A DNA stretch of 64,000 nt from Leptolyngbyaceae cyanobacterium (lineage in GTDB: Bacteria; Cyanobacteriota; Cyanobacteriia; Phormidesmidales; Phormidesmidaceae), in the NCBI GenBank assembly GCA_965263355.1, contig CBDHHL010000032.1:1280001-1344000 (forward strand), written 5' to 3'. The notes beneath the pieces are model-generated. The model worked only from the letters and a program-made list of their open reading frames with translations, was not told the DNA's origin and ran no database searches. Both the position numbers and the translations under genes were made by a program. This document shows, in pieces, positions 8,654 to 19,514 of this stretch. How positions within the stretch are numbered: position 1 is the first letter of the stretch; every line of letters starts with the position of its first letter.

Positions 8654-11572
8654 TTACAGGTTACAGTTCGCAATGCGAGAGAAGACCACCACCAACCCCG
8701 ACACCCCACCAACCACCCCACACCCAGGACCATCACCCGCGCCCCCACCACTCGAGAAAAGCCGGGAGATGGGCTTCAGGGGCACTCAAGTCATTCCCAC
8801 TAACTCCCTCTGACCATGTCAGTTCGTCGTAGTTAAGAAAATATATTTCGTCAGACAAGCCATCCGAGTCCAGCCGATCTCTTCTATGAACTTAATCCAG
8901 GCTGCTTCATTATACTGCCCTGGTGTATTGCCTGTTGCCAAAAACCTATTTTTCTGAACGCTAAAACCATAACGCCCCTCAGAATGATCAGACCAGAGGG
9001 TGTCCACCTTTCGCAAATGGTCGCAGGCGATATTCGAATACAAAAAACTCAAATCCCTGGAATATGCTGACGATAAAAGCGCATCCCAAGTCAGCCCATC
9101 GGCGTCTCGCCACCGATGCTCCTCCAAAGCTTGATCTAGCTCCCGAATCAATTGCTTCGCTCGAAAGTCATGGTGTTTTTTTAGGGCAGCAGTGACTAAT
9201 GCGCGCAATTGATTGCCCTCTGAATTATCAGATAAGGGAACCCTCAGCAATTGGTCGAAGGAGTTTGCAATGTTCTCTGAATTAAAGTTTGGTGTTTCAG
9301 AGATGTAGCCGAAGGCTTGTTCATAGGATGCGTAAGCACTGGGCAGCTCTTCTTGCTCTTCCTGTAAATTTCCCTGAACTGCATAGGTAAAGAATGCGAT
9401 CTCTCGCCCCGACTTTGATTGAAATACATCAGGATTGTTTTGGATCAACCCATCGCTTTCATCGATCAGGGTTTGTGCCTTACTAATTTGCTTTTGTGCT
9501 TCTCCACTGAAGTCATCTGACGGAAACGGAATGAGATGGAGGTGAGCCAGGGCAGTACCACTCTTTAAGAGAGCTTGTTTCAAGTCAGAACTATCCTCTG
9601 TAAACTCGGTAAACGATAAACCAATCTGTTGAATAACATCATCGGCAGCTTCAGACTTATCAATGACGTGGAGGTCGTCGATGAGACCCGAGAGTGCTTT
9701 AGTGGTTTCATTCAGGGCGGCAATTTCTTTTTGCTCTCGTTGAGCTACGTCCAGTTTACGTTGAGCCTCTTGTTCTGCCTGTTCCGCTTGGGCTACAGCA
9801 GCATCAGCATTGGCTAAGTTTTGCTCAAGCTGTGCCAGTAACGTCTGCTGCTCTTGGGTCGCTTGCTGGGCTTGTTTCAGTTGCTCTTCTGCCGCTTGAC
9901 GCTGTGTTTCGGCATCTTGCAGTTCCTCCTGAGATTGCGCTACTTCTTCCTCGGCTGCAGTCAATTCATCGCGAGCTTGAGTCAAGGCTTGTTCGGCGTC
10001 ATCTTTTTTTTGTTGAATTTCGGTTAACTCTTTCTCCGCCGCTGTAGCTTTGATTTCAGCCTCTTCAGTTAGGGTCTCAGCCTTTTTAAGCCGCTGATTC
10101 GCCTCATGCACTTGCTTTCCTGAAAATAGAGCCAATCCTCCGAACACGAGAGCTGTGACCAGCGTACCGCTTAACACTAAACTCCCTCGGCGAATCTTCC
10201 GTTGAGCCTGCCGATTGGCTTGTGCCTGAATCTGCTCAGCGGCTTCGGCAGCTTCTCGGGCCGCTTTTTCCCGTGCCAGTTCAGCTTCTTCTTCTTGCTG
10301 TTGGATACGCGAAGCTGACAAAAACTCCTGATCTTCGATACTGGGGCTTCTCTCTACGGCCCATTGCTCCGCCTCTGCCAGAGCCTCTCCACGCAACAAT
10401 CGGGACCTGTCTGTTTTGCCTGACGAAATCCAAGCACGAAAACTTTCCGAGTAGGGGCGCAATTTTTTTAATTCCGCATCAATCCACACCTCGTCAAAGA
10501 CAGCCGCATAAATCGGGTTATAGACCTGGAGTAGGCCATCACGTTTAACCACCAACCCTGCCAGTTGCAACTCCCGCTCTTCTAGTCGATTCTGAGCCGA
10601 TAGTGACCCCAACTGCCGAATCTGGCGATACAACTCCAACAAATATCCGGCTTTTTGCTCGTTATCCAGCAGACGTTTGCGAATGGTCTTCAGGTGTTCC
10701 TGATGGTCTTGCGATTCCCACTGCTCAATCACCTGAGAGCGCACTAATCCTTCGACTGCCGTTGGTTCACTGCCCTCAGTGATCGGAAATTTAGAATCCA
10801 CCACCAATTGACAGACCCGTTGGGTAAGAAAGGGTTGTCCACCGGTCCAGTGCAAGATTTCCTGTAACACCACCGGGGGACGATCCGCCTTTACTGCCAA
10901 TCCAGCTGCCAGGGGCAAGGCTTCCTCGACGTCAAACCCTTTCAGGTTAATGGCCTTGCCAATATTAAACGGTGTTCGCTTGACATCCCCAATCAACTCC
11001 GATGGCATGGCCACACCAAACAAAGCCAGGGTCAACCGTTGATAGTCTGGATTTTCTGCCCGCTTGTTATAGCAGGCGCGAATTAGGGCAAAAAAGTCGT
11101 CGGTAAAGGGCAGAGTGATGGTGCTATCAATCTCGTCAATCAAAATCACAATGGAGCGATCGATACCCGGCAAGAGCACCGTCTCGATAAATTCTCCTAA
11201 CCGTTCCACCGGAGCAATAAAATCCCGCTCTTTCAACCACTGACGAAATGTCTGACGATCAAGCAATTTCAATTCACGATTCAGTTGATTGATAATCCCG
11301 GCATACCAGCGGTCGGGCTGATCCGATTGGCTATCTTTAGCGGAAAAATCCAGAATCACTCCCGTCCAACCAGCTGCTCGCAATCGGGTTAGCGTCCGCA
11401 CCATCAGACTCGATTTACCCATCTGCCGCGAATTTAAGACGTAGCAGAATTCCCCCGCTTTCAGGGCGTCATACAAGTCATCATCACTGCCACGCGTCAC
11501 ATAGGAGGGCACATCCTGCGGTAAAGCACCCCCAACTTTATAGAAGCGGTTGGACAGAGGGGCGTCACTCAT
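8654..11572 (-). CDS. AAA_35 ATPase - TM helix - coiled coil - GUN4-domain protein, with compensating frameshifts in the 3' end (called ORF stops at 8819)
   Basis: NSRQMGKSS, ILIDEID, TPFNIG, GGQPFLTQ, then a TM segment and coiled coil. GUN4 motifs WRDAD..T and D.LW...S.GRYGFSVQK. The -1 frame continues LSAPEAHLP, and the original frame ends FSRIANCNL* at 8654. Confidence 0.8.
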
Positions 11573-13677
11573 GCCAGACTCCTTAAGCGTGAACGAAAAT
11601 AGGGACGATACAGTCGATCATGGCGCAATACCACAGCATTGCCTTGCAATGTCACCAGTCCCATGCCATTGAGTTTAAAGCCAAGTATCGGCCTTAGCTC
11701 CACCGGGCGATCCGTCATAATCACTTGCTCAAACGCTGTGGCCAAGTCGGGATGTTGTTGTAAATTCCATAGGTGTCGTCGCAGATGTTCGCCATAAATC
11801 CCTCCATCGGTGGGAGCGTCTGTTAGCAGTTCCGGTAACGTCATATCCTGTTGCGCTAGATGATACAGTGCCAGACGCACCAGATAGGGATGTCCCCCCA
11901 CCATATCCATCAACGCCTCCACGTCACCCGTGCCCCAACGTAAGCCATGCTTGTCCACCAACTCCAGCACCTGCGCAACACTAAACTCGGGCAGGTCCAC
12001 TGCCAGACCCACATTAAAGGGTGATGAATTCGTATCCAAGACCACATAGGATTCGGTGGAATGGGCGATTGCCATCCGCAGCTTAGCCCAGGTGTCATTC
12101 ACCTTGGCTTTTTCATTCCAGGACCGCAACAGAGTCAGAAATTCTTTCGAGACCGTTTCATAGGGAAACAGGCGATCCAGTTCGTCCAGCCCCAAGAATA
12201 AAGGTGCATCGAGCGTCGATAATAACTCCTCTTCAAAATAGTCGCTACAGTTTTCTTTGGGACCAAACAAGTCTTCGTCCCAACAGTCTTTTACCCGTTT
12301 GGGAGATAGCCCCAATTGCTTACTGACCGACGCACAAAATCGTTTCAAAAACACACTGGCATCGGTAAATGCTCGTTCATCGGTCTCTAAAAATGAGATC
12401 GTCACCGGGTGATAGCCCAACTGGACGGCATGATCTCGAATCCTAGCCAGCAGAGAGGTTTTACCCATTTGCCGGGGTGCTTTGATTCGCACCAGTCCAG
12501 CCCTATGGTTAATCTCTTGCAAGCAGCGCGTGTCCAAGGGTTCACGCCGGATATAAAATTCGGAATTCAGCGGCATCGTGCCACTGGGCAGCTCCAGATC
12601 AGCAACGGGCAGTGGTGGTCCCTTGGCAGTTGGTATTGCACCAGGAGTTGGTTCCGCTGCAATCGGTTCTGGCACTCTACCCTCAACAATCAATTCCGTC
12701 AGCTCTTGCACCAGGCAAGGGGTATCAGCAGGCGATTGCCAGTCTGACTGGGGGATGGTTTGCAACGCCCGCCACAATTCTGAATGGAGGGGATAATCGT
12801 GGGGTAAATTAACCCGAATTGGCAATATCACGGGTCTCTCCCGTTGCTCCCACATTTGCCGTGCCGTTTGCACTTCCCCGGCGACCCGGTCACTACCAGC
12901 TAAGGGCTCAGACAGTAACAGCAGCAGGTAATCACAGCGTCGCAATTCCTGATCAATCTGGGTGACCTGCTGGAGTCCATCAGCCACCAGCACTGGAGTA
13001 TGTCCCGCTGTTTTTAGACGGTCATGGAAGGCTTGCGCCAGAGTGACCTCGGATGCTTGATTCCGATAGCGAATGAACACGCGCTGCCCTGTAGTAGGAT
13101 CATCCGTCGCTGCGGATGGCCCTAACCAGACTGGGGTGTGTTGCTCTGGAATTCCCGCCAGTTGAATCGCATTACAGCCAAATTTATAGGCCCTTTCATA
13201 GGGCTTACCCGCTCCCAGAGCATCATAGAACCCCACGGCAAACTCGATAGCCGCCCGGTCGCCAATGGCATTTGTCATACCAATCACGTAGGGAATGTGC
13301 TGGGCAATAGCTGTCGCCTGTTCCTGGGAATAGCAGGCATTGAGCAGGACACACTCCACCTGATCGGCCACAAGTTCGAACAGCCCAGACAAGGCTTCCC
13401 CATTGACGAATTTTGCTTGCCCCGTCTTATCTTCAAAGACCAGCCCCTCTTCACCTGCGCCGTGTCCTGAAAAATGGATAATATGGGGTTCGTGGCGGAG
13501 TATTGATCGGCGTAAATCTCGATAGCGTAATGCCGTAGCTGTCTCGATAGTAAATTGCGATCGCTGCTTGGCACGGAGGAGTCCTTCCTCAATCTCCCGC
13601 ATTTCCTCATCCAGACGCACCTTGGGAGTGCCCTGAGGATTCGCAGATAACAGTAAGATTTTGCGGAAATCGCTCAT
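11569..13677 (-). CDS. CHAT protease - TIR-like - AAA_35 ATPase protein
   Basis: HFSGHG / LNACYS His-Cys dyad. TIR-like segment RVFIRY...CDYLLLLLS...EV. KAPRQMGKTS, LDELD, SPFNVG. Overlaps the next gene's start by 4 bp. Confidence 0.85.
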   Translation of the reverse strand: MSDFRKILLLSANPQGTPKVRLDEEMREIEEGLLRAKQRSQFTIETATALRYRDLRRSILRHEPHIIHFSGHGAGEEGLVFEDKTGQAKFVNGEALSGLFELVADQVECVLLNACYSQEQATAIAQHIPYVIGMTNAIGDRAAIEFAVGFYDALGAGKPYERAYKFGCNAIQLAGIPEQHTPVWLGPSAATDDPTTGQRVFIRYRNQASEVTLAQAFHDRLKTAGHTPVLVADGLQQVTQIDQELRRCDYLLLLLSEPLAGSDRVAGEVQTARQMWEQRERPVILPIRVNLPHDYPLHSELWRALQTIPQSDWQSPADTPCLVQELTELIVEGRVPEPIAAEPTPGAIPTAKGPPLPVADLELPSGTMPLNSEFYIRREPLDTRCLQEINHRAGLVRIKAPRQMGKTSLLARIRDHAVQLGYHPVTISFLETDERAFTDASVFLKRFCASVSKQLGLSPKRVKDCWDEDLFGPKENCSDYFEEELLSTLDAPLFLGLDELDRLFPYETVSKEFLTLLRSWNEKAKVNDTWAKLRMAIAHSTESYVVLDTNSSPFNVGLAVDLPEFSVAQVLELVDKHGLRWGTGDVEALMDMVGGHPYLVRLALYHLAQQDMTLPELLTDAPTDGGIYGEHLRRHLWNLQQHPDLATAFEQVIMTDRPVELRPILGFKLNGMGLVTLQGNAVVLRHDRLYRPYFRSRLRSLA

Positions 13678-13978
13678 TGCATCGCAGCTTATAGATGCGG
13701 CTACCGGTTGGGTTTATTGCCAGCATAGTATTTTGTCTGTTAATGCTGCAGTACCCTCACAGGTACTTATTAGATATCGGGATTCCGACATCTAAGTCTT
13801 AACTCGATATCTATATAGATACACAAAAGTCCTCGGTGTTATTCAGGGGCTTTTTTAAATGATCAATCAACTCAAACTCTATTCGATGGGAATTCCGTGC
13901 TTCTCTAGTAGCTCATGCCGATGCTCAAGCACACGCATTTGCTCATAGGCTGCTACTAAAAGACCTAATACCCTAAAA

Positions 13979-14117
13979 GGGTATCCACTCAAGCCGGGAA
14001 ATTCTGGTTAAGTAGGAATCTAGAATCCAGGAATCAGAATTCAGAAAGGATATGGCTCCTGGCTCCTGACTTCTGACGTCTATCCTTGAGAAAACTTCCC
14101 GCTTTAAGTTAGTACCC
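13979..14117. mobile_element. MITE-like element, family A copy 2
   Basis: GGGTATCCACTCAAGCCGGGAAA...GTTAGTACCC; similar to 4541-4673. Confidence 0.65.
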
Positions 14118-14349
14118 CTCTAAAAATAGGCGTATTAAGTAAGTCAGACTTGAAACAATCAGCGATAGCACTCCTAACTTCTGAGTACTGGATTAAACAG
14201 CTTTTAGTGTTTAGTGAATGTAGCTCACTAGTTAAAGGGCATTACCAGAGCGTTGTTAATGCTATTAGACTTACGTTTAGCTGTTACAAAAATCAGTGAT
14301 TAGTATGTGTAGCACATACGGAGGCTAGTAAATACGGGTGTAAACTACG

Positions 14350-15690
14350 ATGGATATTGTGTTTGGGCTGCTGGTAACCTTTGTGTTGTTGGTGCTGAGT
14401 GTGTTCCATGGGGTGACACTGGTGTGGCCGTTGGGGGGTGCGATCGCACTCTTCAGCCTGATCCACCTACACCGAGGCCATAGACTCTTAACTCTTCTCC
14501 GATTTTGCTGGCAAGGAGCCAAACAATCCTGGCCTGTATTTAGCATTCTGCTGTTAATTGGTGCCCTAATGAGCAGCTGGCTTGCCGGAGGCACCGTGCC
14601 AGCCCTCGTATACTATGGCACTCAACTGATCCCTTCCCATTACTTTGTGCTCTCAGCCTTTGTACTAACAGCAGTGGTATCAACCTTAATTGGCACGTCC
14701 TTTGGGTCTGTCGGCACCATTGGCTTGGCCCTGATGATTATGGCCCGCAGCAATGGCATCACCCAACTCAATCTAATTGCGGGGGCCATTATTGCCGGAG
14801 CCTATGTGGGCGATCGCTGTTCGCCACTGTCGTCTAGTGCCCATTTGATTGCCACCGTGACGGATACCCGTATTTACCAAAACCTAAAACAGATGTTACT
14901 GACATCGTTGTTGCCTATGGCACTGACGATATTGATCTATGGTACAGTTTCTCTATTTTATCCATTAAAAATCTCACCCCAATCAGACATCAGTCAACAA
15001 ATTACAGCTATCTTCGATCTCAATGGCATAACCCTCCTACCAGCCGTTCTCGTATTGCTATTAGCAACAGTACGTGTGCCTGTAAAACTCACTATCCTTA
15101 TTGGTTGGATGGTGGCGATTAGTCTAGCAATAGGGCTACAGCACTATTCTTTTGTAGACGTCTTACACTTTACGATGTGGGGCTTTCAGCTAGATAGCGA
15201 TACTGTACTAGACACTGTTTTATTAGGTGGTGGTCTATGGCCCATGTTTAAAGTGTGTGTCATTGTATTGTTATCGACAACTTTGTCAGGATTGTTAACG
15301 AATACCCAAAGTTTATCCCATGTGAGCCATTGGCTGCAGGTAGCCCAACAACAACGAAGTTTGTTTGCCGGTACAACCTTCGTTAGTCTCCTTGCCGCAG
15401 CGTTTGGCTGTACCCAAACCATTACCATTTTGCTTACCCATCAGTTAGTATCGCGTCAATACAAACTGATGGGCCATAGTACTCAACAAGTTGCGATTGA
15501 TCTAGAAAATACGGCAGTCCTTCTAGCACCCATGATTCCTTGGAACATTGCTGGGTTAGTGCCAGCTACTGTATTAATGGTAGGACCTGGATTTATGCCG
15601 TTTGCGGTATATCTTTACCTTGTTCCCCTTTGTAACTGGATGTGGCCTGCGCGGCTAGAATCAATGCCTGGTCTCAGCATCCAAAAATAA
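14350..15690 (+). CDS. Na+/H+ antiporter NhaC-family membrane protein
   Basis: GTVPALVYYG, GTSFGSVGTIG, GAYVGDRCSPLS and PMIPWN motifs. Confidence 0.85.
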   Translation: MDIVFGLLVTFVLLVLSVFHGVTLVWPLGGAIALFSLIHLHRGHRLLTLLRFCWQGAKQSWPVFSILLLIGALMSSWLAGGTVPALVYYGTQLIPSHYFVLSAFVLTAVVSTLIGTSFGSVGTIGLALMIMARSNGITQLNLIAGAIIAGAYVGDRCSPLSSSAHLIATVTDTRIYQNLKQMLLTSLLPMALTILIYGTVSLFYPLKISPQSDISQQITAIFDLNGITLLPAVLVLLLATVRVPVKLTILIGWMVAISLAIGLQHYSFVDVLHFTMWGFQLDSDTVLDTVLLGGGLWPMFKVCVIVLLSTTLSGLLTNTQSLSHVSHWLQVAQQQRSLFAGTTFVSLLAAAFGCTQTITILLTHQLVSRQYKLMGHSTQQVAIDLENTAVLLAPMIPWNIAGLVPATVLMVGPGFMPFAVYLYLVPLCNWMWPARLESMPGLSIQK

Positions 15691-15736
15691 GCCTGGTCTT
15701 TGCTACCCTACACAATGCATCAATCAGGGGAAACAG

Positions 15737-16051
15737 TTAAACGTTCTCATTAGGGTTTTTGAAGCCTGCATTTTTCGTCGGTCTATCGTAGACTCCTAAA
15801 CGTCTGAGGAACCGACGAAAGGTGACATACACCAGCCATGCACAGAGGAGGGTGGGCAATAGGCAAATCATCAGGGTTAGCTTTGGGAAATATTGCCCTT
15901 GTAGAATCCTTGCTTGCCATGTAATGACTAGCCTGGCAGGACCTGTTTCTGTTGCTACCCAATGCATAATAAAGGCCATGCAAAAGCCGAAAAAACCTAA
16001 GGGTATGAGGCAGCCAAGGTTTTGTAACCAGTCTTTTAAGATTGGATGCAT
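15737..16051 (-). CDS. Small hypothetical membrane protein
   Basis: Two hydrophobic segments; ATG start. Confidence 0.5.
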   Translation of the reverse strand: MHPILKDWLQNLGCLIPLGFFGFCMAFIMHWVATETGPARLVITWQARILQGQYFPKLTLMICLLPTLLCAWLVYVTFRRFLRRLGVYDRPTKNAGFKNPNENV

Positions 16052-16272
16052 GATGCTGAAAAAATACAGGCTGGGGGAATGCCTGTACTAGTGACGAAAA
16101 ACTATATACCTACACGATTCACGGACAAGTCTTTAAATCCAGATTTTTTTATAAAGCCTGTTGATGCTTTGTGACATTTCTTTAGAAAAAGATGCCCTGC
16201 GTAACCAACTGCTTATGGGTCTGACGACGTTATCGCTACGAGTAGGTATGGAGTGTGGCGTCACATAATGCC

Positions 16273-16920
16273 CTATGCAAGCGCTGCTGATTGCCAGTGG
16301 GTAAAAATATGAGTTCCTTGTACTCGTAACTCGCAATCATTAAGGTCAAAAATCATCGGTTCATATTTGGGATTAGCGGCTTCTAAAACAACCACTGACT
16401 CTTTTTGGAAAAAGTGTTTTAGGGTAGCTCCTTGGCCTTCTACATAAACCGCAACGATTTCCCCAGGTCTGGGTTTATAGCCATCGGCAACGGGGCGAAT
16501 GCCCACATAGGCCCCGTCGGGAATACCCGCACCCACCATACTGTTCCCTGAAATCTTCAACACATAATCACTTCGTTTACGACCGGCGTACTCAATATTG
16601 AGATACTCATGATCTGCGGTGGCTGGTTCATGGCAGTAACCGGCAGCAATCTCTCCGCGAATGGGTAGCCCTTCTGGTTCGGGTAGATCAGCATAGGGCA
16701 TAGCCGAAGCTTCAAAGTTGACCAGCTTAATGCCCCGTGAGGTGCGTTTACGACGGGTGATGTACTGATTATTCTCTAACCACTTCAGACTGTTTTGGAT
16801 GCTGCCATGGGAACGCTCTGTTCCGGTGATGATTTCCCTTACCGTAGGGCTGTTTTGATGCTTGCGCCAGTACGCTTCGATGAAGCTGAGTACGGTTCCG
16901 TGGGGTTTGCGAACAGCCAT
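16273..16920 (-). CDS. lexA: LexA repressor
   Basis: SPTVREI winged HTH, IAAG cleavage site, GNSM catalytic Ser, ATLK catalytic Lys, LEAANP. Confidence 0.9.
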   Translation of the reverse strand: MAVRKPHGTVLSFIEAYWRKHQNSPTVREIITGTERSHGSIQNSLKWLENNQYITRRKRTSRGIKLVNFEASAMPYADLPEPEGLPIRGEIAAGYCHEPATADHEYLNIEYAGRKRSDYVLKISGNSMVGAGIPDGAYVGIRPVADGYKPRPGEIVAVYVEGQGATLKHFFQKESVVVLEAANPKYEPMIFDLNDCELRVQGTHIFTHWQSAALA

Positions 16921-16935
16921 GGATCAACATCGTGT

Positions 16936-16965
16936 AGGACAAATGTATTGTAGTCCAAATGTTCT
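16936..16965. promoter_or_regulatory. Two tandem putative LexA boxes upstream of lexA
   Basis: AGGACAAATGTATT (16936-16949) and AGTCCAAATGTTCT (16952-16965) resemble the cyanobacterial RGTAC-N3-DGTWCB box. Confidence 0.55.
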
Positions 16966-17105
16966 ATTTTGCCTAGTCATTTCTAAAATATGCTTAGGAA
17001 TCTTGCTACCTGGGGTGGTAAAAACAAGAAACCTGACATTGCGTTGCGATTAGTCGTTGGGGCTTCATGATTGGATGTACGCAGGCTTAATGGTAGTAAA
17101 GAGCA

Positions 17106-19502
17106 GTGATGACCACAGATTACGAGCAGCTTGGTAAGTTTTATCTGGGTAAAGAGTACAGCCTACAAGACAATGAATTGCTAGAGCAGCTGGTTCTGTA
17201 CGATTCTCAGGACCTCACTACCCACGCCATGATTGTGGGTATGACGGGTAGTGGCAAAACAGGTTTAGGCATAGCGCTGTTAGAAGAAGCGCTGATGGAT
17301 AATATTCCACTGATTGCGATTGACCCTAAAGGTGACTTAGCAAATCTTTTGCTCACCTTTGATGAATTGAGCGCTGAACAGTTTCGCCCGTGGGTGGATG
17401 CCCAAGCGGCTGCGGCTGCAAGCATGACGGTAGATGACTATGCCCAGAGTCAAGCGGACTTGTGGTGTCAAGGGTTAAAACAATGGGGACAAGATCAGAC
17501 ACGGATTCAACAGCTACATCGTCAGGTGGAGATGGCTGTGTACACGCCAGGGAGTTCAGCGGGGCGTTCTATCAGTGTATTGCGGTCGTTTGATGTGCCG
17601 TCTGACGCGGTGATGGCCGATGGTGATTTGCGACGAGAGCGGATCCAAACGACGGTCACTAGTTTGTTGGCGCTATTGGGTATAGAGGCAGATCCCGTGA
17701 CCAGTCGAGAGCATAATTTGCTGGCTAATATTCTTGAGACCGTTTGGCATAAAGGCCAAAATATTGATCTTGCTGGGCTGATCCAGACTATCCAGTCACC
17801 ACCGTTTGAACAGATTGGGGTGTTGGATTTAGACATGTTTTATCCAGCTAAAGACCGGTTTAGTCTGGCTATGCAGCTCAATAATTTGCTGGCAGCGCCA
17901 GGGTTTGAAACCTGGCTTCAGGGAGAGCCTCTAGATATTCAACGATTGTTGTACAGCTTAGACGGTAAACCGCGTGCAGCCATTTTTAGCATTAATCATT
18001 TGAGTGACCGGGAGCGGATGTTCTTTGTAACGATGTTGCTGAATGCAGTACTAGGCTGGATGCGCACTCAATCGGGGACTGGCAGTTTACGGGCCCTGGT
18101 GTACATGGATGAGATTTTTGGCTATTTGCCTCCGGTGGCAAATCCGCCGTCTAAGTTGCCAATGTTAACCTTGTTAAAGCAGGCCCGTGCCTTTGGTGTG
18201 GGGTTGGTGCTGGCGACCCAAAACCCGGTGGATCTCGATTATAAGGCGCTATCAAACATGGGTACCTGGTTGGTTGGTCGGCTACAAACTGAACGAGACC
18301 AGGCACGGGTGGCCGAAGGGTTGCGCAGTGCTGCTACTGGGTTAGGCACCAACAAGCTGGAAACACTTTTAGGTGATTTGGGCAAACGGGTATTTTTGTT
18401 GCATAACGTCCATGAAGATCGACCGGTGATTTTTCAGACACGATGGGCAATGTCCTATTTATGTGGTCCACTGACGCGGGAGCAAATTAAGCGACTAGGA
18501 CAAGCTGCTAAACAGGTCGAGGGGACACAACTTAAAAAATCTGTTGATACATCTGTTGTGAATCAGACGTTAATAAAATCAGCCCCCCCTGTTTTGCCAG
18601 ACGATATTGAGGTGTACTACTTGCCGATTACCGGCCCAGGGGTGATCTACCAACCAGCGGTGTTCTTTGTGGCGGATGTGCACTATATCAGTAAGACCTA
18701 TGGTGTAGAAGAGACTCGCGCCATGACTCTGGCAGTGCCCATAGATGAAGATGACCCTGTAATGGTGGATTGGGATCGGGTGATGGACCTATCAGTAGCA
18801 CCTACAGATTTGGAGACAGAACCCTGGGCAGAGGCAACGTTTCGCGAGCTTCCAGCCAAAGCTAAGAAAGCGACTACCTTTCGAAAATGGCAAAAAGACT
18901 TTTTACGATATATGCGTCAGCATCGCAGGTTGACCCTATATCGGTCTAAATCACCAAAGTTAGTGAGTGATGTAGATGAGCCCAAGGCCGACTTTTTTGC
19001 TCGCTTACGACAGCAGCATCGAGAACGGCGAGATCAGGCGGTGACAAAACTGCGTCAGCGCTATGCCACCAAACTGAAAACGGCTGAAAATAAGCTACTG
19101 CGTGCAGAGCAAGTGGTTGAACGCGAAATCATGCAGGCCCGACAACAGCAGATGGACTCGGCGATTGCGGTAGGGTCTACTCTATTGGGGGCATTTATGG
19201 GACGTAAATCGGTTACGGGAGCAAAACGGGCTGTGCGTACGGCTAGTCGCATTGGCCAGTCACAGTTAGACATCCGGCAGGCAAAAGAGAAAGCCAATGT
19301 GATCCGAGATGATATTGCTGTTCTAGAAACCGAGCTACAACAAGAACTAACTGCGCTGGAGACAGAATTTCAGTTAGATAATCTGGTGGTTGAAGAGGTT
19401 GCGATCGCACCCAAATCCACCAACATTACCCAACATCTCTATGGGCTATTGTGGTTACCTTATCAGCCGGTTGAATCAGGTAACCTGAGGCCGATGTGGT
19501 AG
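17106..19502 (+). CDS. HerA/FtsK-superfamily (DUF853-like) ATPase
   Basis: GMTGSGKT Walker A, IDPKGD, YMDEIFGY Walker B, LKQARAFG and ATQNPVDLDYK. Confidence 0.85.
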   Translation: MMTTDYEQLGKFYLGKEYSLQDNELLEQLVLYDSQDLTTHAMIVGMTGSGKTGLGIALLEEALMDNIPLIAIDPKGDLANLLLTFDELSAEQFRPWVDAQAAAAASMTVDDYAQSQADLWCQGLKQWGQDQTRIQQLHRQVEMAVYTPGSSAGRSISVLRSFDVPSDAVMADGDLRRERIQTTVTSLLALLGIEADPVTSREHNLLANILETVWHKGQNIDLAGLIQTIQSPPFEQIGVLDLDMFYPAKDRFSLAMQLNNLLAAPGFETWLQGEPLDIQRLLYSLDGKPRAAIFSINHLSDRERMFFVTMLLNAVLGWMRTQSGTGSLRALVYMDEIFGYLPPVANPPSKLPMLTLLKQARAFGVGLVLATQNPVDLDYKALSNMGTWLVGRLQTERDQARVAEGLRSAATGLGTNKLETLLGDLGKRVFLLHNVHEDRPVIFQTRWAMSYLCGPLTREQIKRLGQAAKQVEGTQLKKSVDTSVVNQTLIKSAPPVLPDDIEVYYLPITGPGVIYQPAVFFVADVHYISKTYGVEETRAMTLAVPIDEDDPVMVDWDRVMDLSVAPTDLETEPWAEATFRELPAKAKKATTFRKWQKDFLRYMRQHRRLTLYRSKSPKLVSDVDEPKADFFARLRQQHRERRDQAVTKLRQRYATKLKTAENKLLRAEQVVEREIMQARQQQMDSAIAVGSTLLGAFMGRKSVTGAKRAVRTASRIGQSQLDIRQAKEKANVIRDDIAVLETELQQELTALETEFQLDNLVVEEVAIAPKSTNITQHLYGLLWLPYQPVESGNLRPMW

Positions 19503-19514
19503 CCTTGTTATCGA

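Noticed and set aside
8626..8832. Pro/His-rich 68-aa ORF
   Set aside because: Antisense shadow of the G-rich GUN4 tail.
7989..8880. Complete diversity-generating retroelement
   Set aside because: No reverse transcriptase, Avd or template repeat is visible in the window. Only the variable-like segment is reported.
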